Shown here piece by piece: positions 50,117 to 63,684 of a stretch of DNA of 64,000 nucleotides. Position 1 is the stretch's first letter, and every line of letters begins with the position of its first letter. The notes below the pieces were generated by a model that saw nothing but the letters and a program-made list of their open reading frames with translations, had not been told where the DNA came from and searched no databases. The stretch lies in NCBI GenBank assembly GCA_030704615.1, contig CM060731.1, forward strand, positions 80,910,001-80,974,000. Reading direction: 5' to 3'. The translations under genes and the position numbers were made by a program. Source of the DNA: Takakia lepidozioides. Taxonomy: Eukaryota > Plantae > Bryophyta.

Positions 50117-50467
50117 CAGTGTTGGGCGGTTATTAGATTTCCTTCAAAACCTCCTGTTCCGGTTTCTACAAAATCTTAGGATCAAAGATCCTCCGGTTCC
50201 GGTTTTTTCAGATATTTTTAATGGAAAGAACCACCGGTTCCAGTTAATTGTAAGAACCTCAAAGAACCCGTGGTTTTCATCAAATAACCAGCAGGTCTTT
50301 GGCGGATCTTTGACGGTTTTCAGGCTGGTTATCTCAAAACTACGTAACCGGAGGTTATGATCTTTTGCCGGTTCTTTGTATTTTTGAGAACCACGGTTAT
50401 ATATCCATATAACCTTCTTGATAACCTCCGGGGGTTTGTAGCTGAATCAAAGAACCTCCCAACACTG
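50117..50467. mobile_element. hAT-type MITE, 351 bp
   Basis: TIR CAGTGTTGGG(C/A)GGTT; perfect 8-bp TSD GTTTACAC (50109..50116 and 50468..50475); internal AACC/GGTT repeats. Confidence 0.92.
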
Positions 50468-51240
50468 GTTTACACCTCCAAAATTGGCAGGACTCCAATG
50501 TGGCCAATGTGGAAATACATATATTATAATGTTTTTGTGGACATGAAATTTGAGCTCTTACATAAAACTCCCACAAAACTTGACCCTGACCATGAAGTGG
50601 TGTTTCATAGCTTGTAGTACTTGGCCCTCTTTCATCTTTTCTCCTGGCTTCCTGTCATGGAGGATACAGCTTCCTTGAACTATCTGAAGTCTTCTTTTAA
50701 TCTTCCCTGCCCGTCATCATTCTTGGGCTTGGTTTTATGTTACTTATCGGCCTAGATTTCTAGTTCCATTTTTCTCTTGGTGCACCGGATGAGACATCCC
50801 CCCCCCCACCCCCCCCTTTTTCTTTCCTGCTTGTAGCTCGAATGCTGTGGTTACGGGGATGTTCCACCTCAGTAAGCCTTACGGCCTCCCTGGTGGTTAT
50901 TTTTTCCACCTTTTTGTCAATATTTATCTGATTTAATTTGATTAAAAGGGCCTCTATCCCCCTTTATTTATTATTTTTTCCCAAGCTTGAGACCCACAAA
51001 TTCTCACCTTACCAATTTGCAAGTCTATATGACTTTTTGTCCTATGGGTTGCTTTGCATAGGTTTACATGTGGGTACGAAAGATTAAAGATAAAAGATAA
51101 AGTTTCTTTAAACGTCTAAGCTAAGTTCCAGTAAAGCGCAATTTTGAACTTTTTGAAGAAAATCATACGGTAGGTGTATGGTGGATCATGATTGTCCCAC
51201 AATGTCCAAATTTTTTTATTTGTTTGGTTTTTTAAAGGAA

Positions 51241-51312
51241 AATACCTGGGAGCCCCTTAATTATAGTGAGAGGAGAAAAGAACCTCTTTCACAGTAACCT
51301 CGCCATGAGGCG
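51241..51312 (-). mobile_element. SINE 3' fragment
   Basis: cctgggagccccttaattatagtgagaggagaaaagaacctctttcacagtaacctcgcc matches the SINE 3' body. Confidence 0.65.
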
Positions 51313-51750
51313 CCCAACTCGGCTTCAGAAGGCTCTAGGGACACCGACCAAGGAATTTGTTTTTTGTTTTTTCTAGAATTGAGAAAATTAGTTGCAAACT
51401 ATATCATTGGGCCGTGGTACATACAGCATTCCTGGGACCCACAAGAGGATGCTAGGCCAGACCCCTGTCATATGTCCAGTCAACCCTCTAGTGAAGCTAG
51501 CGTCACACATTTTGTTTTTGTTAGGCAGCTGGACTAATTTCATCCATGTTCCGTGGTTTATTTTGTCCAATAATTTCTTTGAGGTTTCTGCACTTTGAGT
51601 TGCTGTTGATATAGATGGTTGAAATATGAAACTGGATGTGGTTTATTGGGTCAGAAGGCAGACAAATGCGCAAAGGATACCAGTTGCAAAAAACTGGCAG
51701 ATCAGGAAAGTGTAAGCTTGGGTAATCTCCTAGATCATCTTTATGTATTG

Positions 51751-51906
51751 TGCTACCTTGATGGGTGTGATATGTTCATCTCCCCTTCCCTTGGGCGGTG
51801 TCCCATGCCAAAGCCTTCACCGCGAGGTCACTCTGAAAGAGGTTATTTTCTCCTCTCACTATGATTAAGGGGCCTCAATGTGAGATGTTGCTCCCAGGTG
51901 TTTCCC
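51751..51906 (+). mobile_element. 5'-truncated SINE copy
   Basis: tgctaccttgatgggtgtg...ttgggcggtgtcccatg...gaaagaggttattttctcctctcactatgattaaggggcct...ctcccaggtgtttccc. Confidence 0.75.
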
Positions 51907-52173
51907 TTCTAAGGAAAACATCCTTACAACCTATTCAGCAACCTGCAGGAGGCCAGCATGCGAGAGCGGTGGGAGGGGCCAGCAGACCCTCTCGCACTTG
52001 AAAATCCTAAACTTTGCAACCACACATGATCTGCTCAATCGGTAAATGGCAGCAGGTGGCCAGCTTCTGGGGCCTCTCAATGGCACAGATTTCTTGAAAT
52101 TCCGCCAAAATCTCAAAAAGATATTAACCTTCAAAGAGGACAAACACCCATTTTGGGCTCGATGGGCGTTTAA

Positions 52174-53173
52174 CCCCTAAAGGACGAAGCGACCCAAACT
52201 GGGTCGGTTCGTTTTAGAAAAGTGGCTCGTTCTCACTGGGGTTAAGCCTGATTTGGGCATGCTTAGGCTCATTGGATAGGTAATCGAGTCAGCTATGAAG
52301 TGGCATTTCCCAATTCGTCATTGGGCCTGGCCCAGCCACGTGGAACACCTAGGGTCTGCCACACTCGTGGTTTTCAGCCCCATTTTGGGCAGCTAACCTG
52401 CCCTCCATCCTACGTGTCAACTAGGGTCAGGTTAGGGAGAAATTTCACGCACCCCCAGTTGCGCTGGGTGGCGCGTCTCCCAACACCCTTTATTGCGCCC
52501 TAAAGCCTGAAATGAAGGGGCGGGGAGGCAAAGGCACCCCACCAAAACCCATATACCTTAGGGCTAATGGCCAAAGGCAATCATAGGTGCACATGGATAA
52601 GTCATGGGCAGGGGAATACATCATATGAAGGGAAGCTCTGATTGGCGCGAAAGTTTTTTTCTACTTACACAAACCTGCCCACTACAGTACAACCGGAGCG
52701 ATTGACAATTCAACGGTTCAGAACTTTTCACCGAATTTCCTAATACGGTTTTGTGCTTGCCCCTTTGAAATTGGGAAATTTGACCCCCCAAATTGGCCAT
52801 ACAAAGCAGCCCACATGAGAACATGTCAGAAAAAGCTGAAATTTTCAGGGCAGGTGTCTCACCTGGCAGGGTACAAGATTCTGGTTTGTGTCATTCAAAA
52901 CATTTCACAGCTGGGAAATTCGATAAGAAAATCTGTGTTTTTACCCCATTGTAAATAGGAAATTTGTTTTTGGCCCAACTTCAACATTATAATCTTGCAA
53001 TCCGACGGTTCGATTTGGACCAGAATTTTTTTCGTCATAGCTGGGGTAGGTAGAAACATATTACAACGGTCATTTTTACAGGGCCTGAGGAAATCTCAAG
53101 ATATAAATTATTTAGTGGGGAAGGGTCAATTTTTTGGGGGTGGACCCAAAAATTGGGGTTAGTCCTTTAGGGG
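52174..53173. mobile_element. Non-autonomous piggyBac-like DNA transposon, 1000 bp
   Basis: TTAA|CCCCTAAAGGAC ... GTCCTTTAGGGG|TTAA: 12-bp perfect TIR starting CCC with TTAA on both sides; no coding capacity. Confidence 0.75.
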
Positions 53174-55127
53174 TTAAGGGTTAATAGGGCAGGGCTTGCA
53201 TGCACTCCATGCATTTGTTTTTTCTCCCGCGGAGAGGCTGGATCAGAGTTCGGAGCCTTAGTACAAATTTCGTTCAGAAGTCATCCCCATCCGACAGCAT
53301 CTTAGGGTGCTGCATAGATTCTGCAAAAGGGGCCTGGGTTAAGGGGCCTAATTTGGAGCATGATGCTCATTGCGAAATGTCAAGGACACCCCACGTCAAT
53401 TGCAATCTTGCTGCCCCTAGAACCTGACTGACGTTGTACCAATGTTGATTGACAAGACATAATATAGTTAGGAAAGAGGTGATCCCGTGTCGTTGGAGGT
53501 CCTAGGGTGGAAGCTTATGTTGTGAGAAATCCTTAGATCTCAAGAGCATGGCACACGTGCTGTTGTTGTCAGTCGAAAATAAGCTACGAGAATGCCAATA
53601 TAATAATACGCGGCTTAATTTCAATCATGTACTCTGTAACTCGCCTGACTTTCTTGCCAGTTTCAATCTAATGACAAACATCATACAGAGAATTAAAAAA
53701 ATAGTTTCATAACTACTTTCCTGTGACTAACATCAGTACTGCTGTTGTGTTCTGTCAGGAGCCACACACACACAAAACACGCCTGACCACTTGACCATAT
53801 GATTTGTTGGTTAGTTAGAGCCTGGCAGATTTGGCATGCTCGGCTCTACAAAGCTGGTAATTCGTCAGAAAGCATGAAGCTCGCCTTGTGTACTCCCTCT
53901 GAGTGCCCGAGCTGGATTCTCATATACTCTCAGGTGCTCTTGTTGCCACTTGTGCGCCCTCACGATTTTCATAGAAACTGCCTCTTTCTTTTTCTTTCTA
54001 TCTTCCGACCTCCATCTTCGCTGTCGAGGTTGTTTCCATAAACCAATTCTAAGTTATAGCAGTGCATGTGCACGAGGACGCAGCACGGACCCACTAATAA
54101 ATACCCCACTCCATCATCCTACTCAGCACTCCTACAACTTTCATCTCCCACAGCCTTCGCCGCCATAGCTCCAGAGAGACCCAAAGAATAATCCCGGCCG
54201 TCAAGGCCTCTCATCTCACGGTCTCTAAGAATTGGAACATCGATGTGGATCCAATGGTATTGGGCTGAACAGAATTGATAGCGAAGATTAGTGAGCAGGG
54301 CTAATTAGCATAAACCCGCTTCCTCAGCAGTACCATTGAGGTTGTTAAACGCGGTTAGGAGTGAGGTGATCAGTCAACAACATCCGGGGAGAGATGACAA
54401 GGGTGATGACAAGAGAGAGAGAGAGCCAGACATGCAGGCCATAAAGGAGGACTGCGTGCCTGCGTACCTGCCGCTCAATACGCCATCACCGCAACCACCC
54501 TTTTCGTCTCCCTGCTCATCACTCTTGATGCCTTCCCGAGGCTTTCGCTCAAGAGAAGCACAGACTACAGACGTGAGTGGATCCCACATATAGTTTGTGG
54601 GTCCCACTCGGAGCGTGTGTTTTCCTTCCTGTGATCGATGTGTTGATCTCGTGACAACTTCTGCAGTTAGTTCTCGATCTTCCCACATCCTCCCTTTCCG
54701 GGAGTCTAGCTCTGTAGTTGTAACATTGAGATTGTAGGCCTACTACTGCTGGACTGTCGTCTTCCATTTGTGCTACATCACCCTCTCTCTCGACTTACAG
54801 GGGTGCAAAGGTGAGATCCCGTTTCCTTGTGGTCCAGTCTCTCAGATACTCGCATGCGCAGCTCGTTTGCTAAAACCGAAAGTCTCCGTGCATCTGAACT
54901 CGGATTTTGATCCTCAGATCTCCTTGGTGCCAGACTTTCGCCAAGCTGGAAGGTGAAAGCTATAGCATGTCTGCACACCCAGCCCTCACATTTTTTAAAT
55001 GGTCTTCTCCGGGGACCAGAACCTCTAGCATTTGCTACTCCTTTAGTTTCTCAGGTTTGAGCTGATTGTCTCGCAACCTTGTCTTTTGCAGTTGAACCAG
55101 TATACCACCCGGAGGGAGGGAGGCTTA

Positions 55128-58100
55128 ATGGCCCCTTGTGAAACAGAGGTTGCAGTATCCTTGGCTCATCGAGATGGGATTGACATGCCTTCCGGAGGAG
55201 AGACCCGAGAGCACATTTTCCGTTCGAAGCTGCCAGATATTGACATGCCAAACCACATGCCACTTGCTAAATACTGTCTAGAAAAGTTTAGTCAATGGCG
55301 AGACAAAGCCTGTCTCATCGATGGTGTTACTGGGAAAGTGTACACCTTTGGAGAAACCGAGTTGATTTCCCGGAGGGTGGCAGCCGGCTTGGTGAAACTG
55401 GGGGTGACGAAGGGGGGAGTAATAGCCTTGCTTTTACCCAATTGTGCGGAGTTTGTGACTGTGTTTCTCGGGGCTGCTCTCAGTGGCACTGTCGTCACCA
55501 CTGCCAACCCGTTCTACACTGCCCAAGAACTGGAGAAACAGGTATCTGCATCAGGTGCCACTGTGGTTGTTACTCAATCCGCTTACATTGATAAGCTGAA
55601 GGGACTGAATGTCCAGGTAACAGTTTTTCTAGCTCACTACTTCCTCTATCTTTCTTTCTCTCTCTGATTGTCGATTAGAGATATTTCGCTCTGATATTTC
55701 GATATTTGTGGTACTAGATTGGTAGAATTAACATAAGGTTTTTGATCTTTCACATATGATCGCTCGAAACGCCCTTTGTTAGGTGTTGTTGCGGTTGACT
55801 GCATGCGCATTCACATCCGGAGAATCAGCGGTATGGATAGGAGGGACCAGTAAAGTTTGCTCAGGAAAAAGCCCATGTATGAAGAGTCGGTAACTGCTGG
55901 GAAGCAGGCTACATTCCTCGTCTCGCACCTTAAAGAGACTTACAGTCGAGTTCGAATATGTGGATTTGTTACGAAGTGGAAGTTCAAGGAATTTGGAGAG
56001 ATTATTGGAAAATGGTAGACATCCGTACAGCATTGCTACCTGTGCTTAAACTTTGTGGTAGGATCTAACTAACTCCCATTGCTTTGTCAGATCATTACTA
56101 TCGATGGGCCTGTGAATGGTTGCCTCCATATTTCTGTGTTGACGGAAGCCGATGAAAATGACTGTCCAAAGGTCGACATAGACCCCGACGATGTGGTTTG
56201 CCTTCCATACTCCTCCGGCACAACTGGTTTGCCGAAGGGGGTGATGCTCACCCACAAGAGTCTTGTTTCCAGTGTCTCGCAACAGGTGGATGGGGAGTGC
56301 CCAAATTTCAACGTTGGAGCAGAGGACACTATGCTTTGTGTATTACCAATGTTTCACATTTACTCCCTCAATTCGATCCTTCTCTGTGGATTGAGGGTTG
56401 GGGCCACCCTTATCACCATGCCCAAGTTTGATCTTCAGAAGCTGTTGGATCTCACACAAAAACACAAGGTATTTCCAGGAAAATTGAGGTCATTCCCCTT
56501 TCCTCTTGGAGACTTAGTGGCTTTTTTCACTTCACCTCAGAAGATACAACTGTCCTTCTTCTCTCCCTCCCTCGCCCCTGTCCCTCGCCACACCTGACTA
56601 CCTGCTCAATTTTGTGTGTCACTTGATGTGTTGGTGTCTGAGAATGTGGGTAAAATGAAAAGATCTATTGTGTCCCCAGGAGAGAGGCCAACCTTTCAGT
56701 TTGGGGGTAGACGGATTGGGATTGTCTGCATCTGTTTTCCATACTGAAGACGGGGACAGAGTTGCACGGGTGGTCTTTAGCAGGCACATGTTTCTCTAAT
56801 GTGCTATGTGGATTGTTGTTGGCAGATTACAGTTGTCCCTGTTGTACCTCCAATCGTGTTGGCCATAGCCAAAAACCCTATGGTTAAGAGTTATGACTTA
56901 TCAAGTGTGAAGATGGTTTTGTCTGGTGCTGCACCTCTTGGGAAGGAGCTTGAAGACTCATTCCGAGCCAGACTGCCAAATGCTGTCCTTGGCCAGGTGT
57001 GTTTTCTCTCTCTCTCTCTCTCTCTCCACAATGTTCCGCCCAAACTAGGAGTGGGTTCTACGGCCGCAACGATACGGCAAAGTACGATCTCTCTGCCGCG
57101 TTGGTGAAAGCGGGAGAAGTTGTAGTCAAGTTATCAAGAGCTATGCTTGGCCATATATATATCATTCTAACACCATTTTCTGAAGTATACTAGGAGTTGC
57201 CAATGTATTACTACTGTAGTGCGCACATTGCTGGTTCCTGGGTTGGCTATGGTATTCCCTTCATGTGTGAGTGTAGAGAGAGGGAGTGTCTATGCTGGTT
57301 CAGGTATGAAAGGAAAATATCAGGCCAAATGCATATGGCTACCTCCAAAAGTAAAAGTTGTCACCACTTGGACTACAGCTAGTACAGTAAAATATCAGCA
57401 TTCTGAGTGTGGTGAAATTGACAAAGTTGTTGAAGTCCTTGTCTTCAGGGATATGGAATGACAGAGGCTGGCCCAGTCTTGACCATGTGTCTGGCATTTG
57501 CCAAGGACCCATTTCCTGTGAAGCCTGGGTCGTGTGGAACTGTGGTACGCAATGCAGAGGTCAAGCTTGTTGACACTGAGACGGGTGTGTCACTACCGTA
57601 TAACCAGCCCGGCGAGATTTGCATTCGGGGACCTCAAATTATGAAAGGTATGTACGCACATACAATTGTATACTACCTTCTCACTCACCATGTGTCTTCA
57701 CTTGACATTTTCTGTTCCACTACACATCCTGTGCACACCCCTCTATTCAAACTGGACATGTTGTTGCTTCTCTGGATAAACTTGGTGTGAGATTCTTTGA
57801 GAGCTGGACTAGAGATTGGAGAGTTGTTTTGCTGGAATTGATAGAGGGACTTACAGACAGTTTGTCAAAGGTAGGAGTATGCCTGTTGAGTGCTAGCCAA
57901 CAACATGGGTGAGTGTCCCCAGTATTTCCAGAAAGTGGCAGAAACTTGGTAAGAATTGAACTATGTTAAGTGATGAAGTCAGTGGGAGTGGTGTTGCCTA
58001 GCTTGTCACTACCATACATGATAGAATCATGGTCTGAGACTTAGTGATTGTTAAGGCTGCAGCTCTATGTTTGGCTAGTTCAGGGTAGGGTAGGAGTTGG

Positions 58101-59747
58101 AACATGGAGATGACAGAAGGAATTTGAAGAAAGTAGATAGATGTGTGGATTTGAGAGAAGTACTTTAGAGTTCTCAAATGCATTATATGCACGGGACAAG
58201 GTGTCCCACATTCCTACCTGTAACTGGAACTGTTTTATATGTGCAGGGTACTTGAACAACCCAGCAGCAACTGCCCAAACAATAGATAAAGAAGGGTGGT
58301 TGCACACAGGTGACATTGGCTTTATTGACGAAGATGATGAGATGTTCATTGTGGATCGTGTCAAGGAAATCATCAAGTTCAAAGGCTTCCAGGTACTACC
58401 TGCATGGCTTGACAGTTGTAGCAATCCAAATGAGAAAGTACTTCGATGAGAAAGTGCTTGTGTTTGGCACACTTCCCAGACACCAGCTGTGAAGCCCATG
58501 GAGTTAATCTACAACAGTGAAATGTTTCAAGCTTAATTTCATAGTTGAGGCACATCTTGATGCTGTGTTACAGATACTAGTTAAATGTCAATAGAAAGAA
58601 GATAGAAAGAATGAATCATATGGAGGTGAGACAGGCAAAGGTGGAGGGTCATGTAGATTGGTAGATTTGAGATGACATGCAGAACAGAGGTGAACATTAA
58701 AGCTTGAAATTTGCTTGGCCTCGGCAAAGAAAGTGATGAAAAAGCTGTCTGTTGTGGGCTGAAATAGGTGCCACCAGCTGAATTGGAAGCACTCCTAGTG
58801 TCACACGAAGGAATTCAGGATGCTGCAGTTGTCCCGTGAGTTCCCTCTCTGCGCAGTTATGGCACTCGTTTGCTGGCTGGTTCCGTGTTTGGTCACGCTT
58901 AGGAACTCTTTCATCACGAGGAGTCCAACCTGACTTAGGAACCCAAATCATTCTTTTTTCCGTGATGGAAAATAGCCCTAGCTGACTAGGGTAGACAGTA
59001 ATTTATGCGCAAGAATAGGGAACAGAGGTGAACATAGGTGAACACCTGGGAACAGAGGTGACAACTGGGATTGTTCAGGTGTTGCTATTATTGATGAGAT
59101 CTTGCGTAGAAGACCCACCCCAATTAATTTCTACAGTTCTCCTTTCCATTCCCAAGCCCATATTGTTAAGTTTAACGGGGTTGTGCGGACATGGGTTTCA
59201 CAGGAAGAAGAATGAGGATGCTGGGGAAGTTCCTGTCGCATTTGTGGTTCTAGCACATGGATCAAGTATAACTGAAGAGGAGGTGAAAGCCTTCATTGCG
59301 AAGCAGGTTCCACCCCTTTTTCCCTCGAAACTCTTCAGAACTTTCAGGCACTAGCCTTTTCAAGCTCATTTGCCAAGTGCTTGGATTTTGAAAGCAATGG
59401 CTGGGGCTTCCTACTTAGCTAATGTGCTGTGAAATTTCTACACACTTGCAAGTTGAATTCCTGGAGAGAATTATGTATAGTTCTCAAATCTAGGTGTTAA
59501 ATCTGAGCTTAGAACTCAATGATGTTTCAGATGATGAATAACTTAGTTTCCATACCTCAAATCTTTGAGAGGATCTCCGTCTGAGTACTGGTGTAGTGGT
59601 TTCTAACCTTTGACTGTGTTGTTGATGCAGGTTGTGTTCTACAAAAAACTGCATTCAGTTTACTTTGTTGACGCAATTCCCAAGTCTCCTTCCGGCAAAA
59701 TTTTGCGGAAGGATTTGAGAAATAAACTGAATCTGATGGATTTATAG
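55128..59747 (+). CDS. 4CL: 4-coumarate:CoA ligase, 8 coding exons, 556 aa: 55128-55616, 56091-56468, 56826-56996, 57449-57647, 58247-58392, 58768-58835, 59204-59306, 59631-59747
   Basis: FRSKLPDI, box [29 protein letters not shown], box [41 protein letters not shown]. All introns GT-AG with consistent phases and no internal stop. Confidence 0.96.
57005..57026. repeat. (CT)n microsatellite at the start of 4CL intron 3
   Basis: ttctctctctctctctctctctcc. Confidence 0.85.
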
Positions 59748-60034
59748 GTAGGAGGATATTACTGTGTTATACCCAGGAATTCAACAGAAACATGTAGGGG
59801 GGTGCACCGTTTAAATGTGCAGCTACCTACACCTATTCTTTCAATGGAAGGGCGATACTTTTCCTTCACCTAAGCTTTGATTGTGTATGTTGGACATCAT
59901 TCAACCCATGTTGAAAATGTTCACCTGATTTCTGAAGTAGGAGATGATGGCTGCTGGCATTTCCGTGGGCTATACCTCCTCCAGATGTAGAGGGAGGTGA
60001 CAGATGAAATGGATATGGTAGCCTGGGGTTGTGA

Positions 60035-61270
60035 TTTTTGTAGATCTATAGATCATGGGAGAGAAAAAGTAGACTGGAAGAAGATATGGTGAGAAGGGAA
60101 GATGAGAAAAGGACCTTTTATGCAATCAGTTCTATTGAAAAAGAGTAGGGGCTCATAGAGTTATAATTGGTCAGAAACTCTTACCAATACATCAGGATAT
60201 AAGAAACTGCTACAAAATATTCTTGCACTACTGCACGTTGGTATTGTGGACGCATGTCACGAGCACTTCAAACGTATTGCCGAGGAAAAAAGTGAGTACA
60301 CCTTCACCCATTTATACCTTGCATCATATACTCTGCCCTGTACAAAGTCCAGTTTAGAAGTGAAGGTAGGAGGAGCTGAGAGAGGAAGGCCACGAGAAGA
60401 CTATGAAAAGGGTTATGAGTAGGAAGAAATTGGGTGGCTCTTTGAGCCCAACCCACTCCATTATCTGCCTTACACATTACTTCTGATGTCACCCTTGTTG
60501 CACAAGCTTCCACACAAGATTTGGCCTTGGGTGCACTCGCAGAAATCCGAGTCACGAGTCAGAGAGCTATCGATGACAAACTGAAAGACAACAAGAGGAG
60601 CAATAGCTCAAGAAGGAAAAGGTGAGTAGCAATCTACTAATTCTTGTTCCTGCAGAAGAAAAGAGGGATGTGGAGATAGAAAAACGTGCGGCCATAAACG
60701 TTCTCAAGAGGGATCCACAACATGTCGCTGCATATGTGCTGCTCTCGAATATCTACGCTGCGGTTGGTAGGTGGGATGATAAGGAAAATGTGAGAATATT
60801 GATGGAGGTCACAGGTGTCCAGAAGGAGGCAGGACACAGGTGGACGACCGGGGTGCATACATTCTTTGTAGAAGACAAATTGCATCCAAATCGAGGAAAT
60901 CCATGCTGAACTGAATAGATTGTTTGGGGAGATGAACCAGGCAGGGCCTGTGCTTAACCCTCAGGCAAGTAAACAATCTATTCTCTAACCCCTAGGATCT
61001 CAGTAAAGGTGAAGCAAGAAAAAAAACACATGAAGATTTAACAATTGTTTCTTACAGAATTGCCATCTGAATTTCATAAGCAAAGGATGTGCTGCCATGT
61101 AAGCAGCAGCACTGATGGTGCTTATGACTCTGGTGCAAAGCTTCCTTGTGAGGAAAGTGTGAGTTCTGGCAGTACTGATTGCATAAAAGGTCCTTTTTCT
61201 CATCTTCACTTCTCACCATATCTTCTTCCAATCTACTTTCTCTGCCATGATCTATAGGCCTACAAAAACT
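60035..61270. pseudogene. PPR C-terminal relics: E/E+ fragment (60622..60960, +) flanked by two ~95-bp inverted DYW-like fragments (60035..60130 +, 61174..61270 -)
   Basis: AAYVLLSNIYAAVGRWDD...GVQKEAGH..VHTFFVEDKLHP..EIHAELNRL; the inverted copies read EDEKKDLLCNQ (compare DYW EEKExxLCxHSEKLA). Confidence 0.65.
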
Positions 61271-62093
61271 TCCCATCAATTTCCATCATGACCAACATAA
61301 GCAGTAGATCTCTGCACAAATCTCTAAAGTTGTGAATCACTGCAATAGAGTTGTGGAGAGTAGCTGTCTTCCATTGACTTGTACATTATACAGACTTTGG
61401 TCCCTTGCAAAGCGAGTTATCCACAACAAGTAAAGCCCCCTACAGAGCCAGTTACACAGCTACCACGGAAAACAGCCTTTTCCACTGACGTGGACTACTG
61501 ACCATGATCTTCGTGAATAGACGAAGGCTCACATCCACACATCTTATGCAATATCTACACTCATCTACTCTTTACGCCGCCATACGCGAATTCTCCTACA
61601 CTGCAAGACAAGCAAGCAGATCAAAAACTACTCCACTGCAACATCCAGACCAATGAGTTTTTCAGTCTGAATCCATCACAACCCAAGCCTACTACAATAT
61701 CCATTTCATCTGTTCACCTCCCTCTCCCTATCCTTTTGATTGCAGAACACTTCAAGGGCATGTTCCAAAATCCAAACAAATAAATAAGGGGTCCTAATTC
61801 TAGCAACGACCGAAGGTCGGAAGCTAGTTTAGCGTAGAGCAGGAATAGGGTGCCATAGTGCCACGTCATCGTCACCACATCATCGTAGACACGTCATCGT
61901 AGCCAGGTCATCGTCGTCGTCAATTTCTTTGGAATCTGCCCAGACGGCCCGCGCGAAATAGGCCAATAGAAATCGCCGTGCCAACTTTTTCGGAACTGCC
62001 ACAATGCCCGGATCTTGATTTCTTGAACTGCAGGAGCTCTGCCGCCATCGTTCACCTTGCAAGCTGCAAGCTCTCAACGAATTGAGGAAATCC

Positions 62094-63533
62094 ATGCTGA
62101 GGTACATTGTAGCCCTGCGTTGTCTTTTACGTTCCTGTCGTCTCTCACCGTCACCCGTTCCTGCATTTTCCCAACGGACCCATATCCCAGAATGCACACA
62201 TTGGCCCTCACATGCATCAGGTTTTGCAACGGCGGCGGAGGATGAGGGTTCATCTGCAGGAGCTTCGTCCTGGATGCAGAGGCTGAAGAGTGTGTTCAAG
62301 AGCAAGACACCTTCATCAGATTCTTCCCAATCGGATACTTCTAAAGAAAAGTCTGTGTCTCAGCATGACCTTACAATGGAAAGTGAGTGCCATTCTACTG
62401 TGTCGCTAGGTGCTCTGCTACAGATTCAACAATCTAATATCATAAAAGGCCCTCACTTGCACAATGTGACTGCTGGGAGTTGATCAGTATGAACCGTTGG
62501 ATCACTTTGTTTATTTATTGCAAAGGACACTTCACGAATTTCTTAGCTGAATGAAATGATGGTGCAGACAAGTCTGCTTCTGGTACCAATTTGGCTTATA
62601 GGAGACAATGGCGGATATGCTTCTTCCAGCAACATGCGACTGCGGGAAGGAACCCAGTAGGTGTAAATTGGAGACTGAAGAGACAATACCCTAAAGCCTA
62701 GACTGGGCCTGCATTACGATGATTCGCAATATAGGACACCAGTATAACAGAGGGGGGGATGTGGAAACTGGCCGATGGTTTCCGCCGGGAATGTAAGTCT
62801 TTCGTGGGAAGAGTAACAGTGATCAAACAAGCAAGAAATTTTATGTCTTCTTTCAATGAGTGCTTGAAGACCCCAGATTGAGAGCCAATCCTGTAGTTTG
62901 CAGCCACGGTGGTCAGAGGTTGGAAATTAGCCCAATAACCGGTTTAGTACAAGTATGTACTCGATTTGTGAATCTTTATTTGAAATCTGGCTCTGCCTCT
63001 CAACAGATTTTCTTTGTGTTGTACAGATTTTGCAGATGAGTTGAAGAAGGCACGCCAGTTTGGAAGTCTAACGACATTTGGACGCGACCTGCCCAGAGGG
63101 GGTGAAGTATCAGCTGTAAAATCCCTTGAGAGACAGGAGGGGATTCTTCGATCCCTAGCCCGTCATGACCCTCTGATATGCTTTTTCATTACATCTGAAT
63201 TTGGTTGCTACAGGAAAGTCTGTTTCAATGTTTAATGAGAGCACCAACCTTCAGAAGTGGTAAACAGTTAAAGAGGGCTGCATACTACTGGACGGCCAGG
63301 CTTGCAAGTGAGCACACGATGTCTTCAGAAAGTAAGCAAGGGGCATGGGGCTGGGCATGGTGTGGGTCCAGCGAGTTGGAGAGCTGCACAAGGCTAAGGT
63401 GGCAACGGAGTGGGGGTGCACTGTGCGTGATGTTGATGCCGTACTGGCAAAGTACGAGTGGGCAAAGGAGACAAACATGCGTGTGATGAAGCTTAAGGAG
63501 GAAGGCAAGTCGCTTCCTAAGTCTCTTGACGAG
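62094..63533 (+). CDS. Organelle-targeted protein of the plant SEC-C-motif/SRP54-M-like family (At3g04950-like); exons 62094-62382, 63027-~63175, 63372-63533; possibly pseudogenised, last exon not seen
   Basis: Arg/Ser-rich presequence, SWMQRLKSVF, FADELKKARQFG, ERQEGILRSL..HDP, CTVRDVDAVLAKYEWAKE...LKEEGKSLPKSLDE. The exon 2 donor reads ATATG instead of GTATG. Confidence 0.7.
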
Positions 63534-63684
63534 GTTAGCCTCCCGTGTTTGCTGCCTAAGTGCTCTTGTATGTTTTTGTTATGCTCTGGCAGCTGCATTC
63601 TCTTCTCAAAATCTCTCCTCCCGCTGTCTCACCAATGGCTTTCCACTGTTTGCCTGTTTCCTACCGTCTTTTAATACCGCGACG

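Noticed and set aside
58681-59062. GAACAGAGGTGA(A)CA repeated three times in 4CL introns
   Set aside because: Short local duplications with no structural evidence of function.
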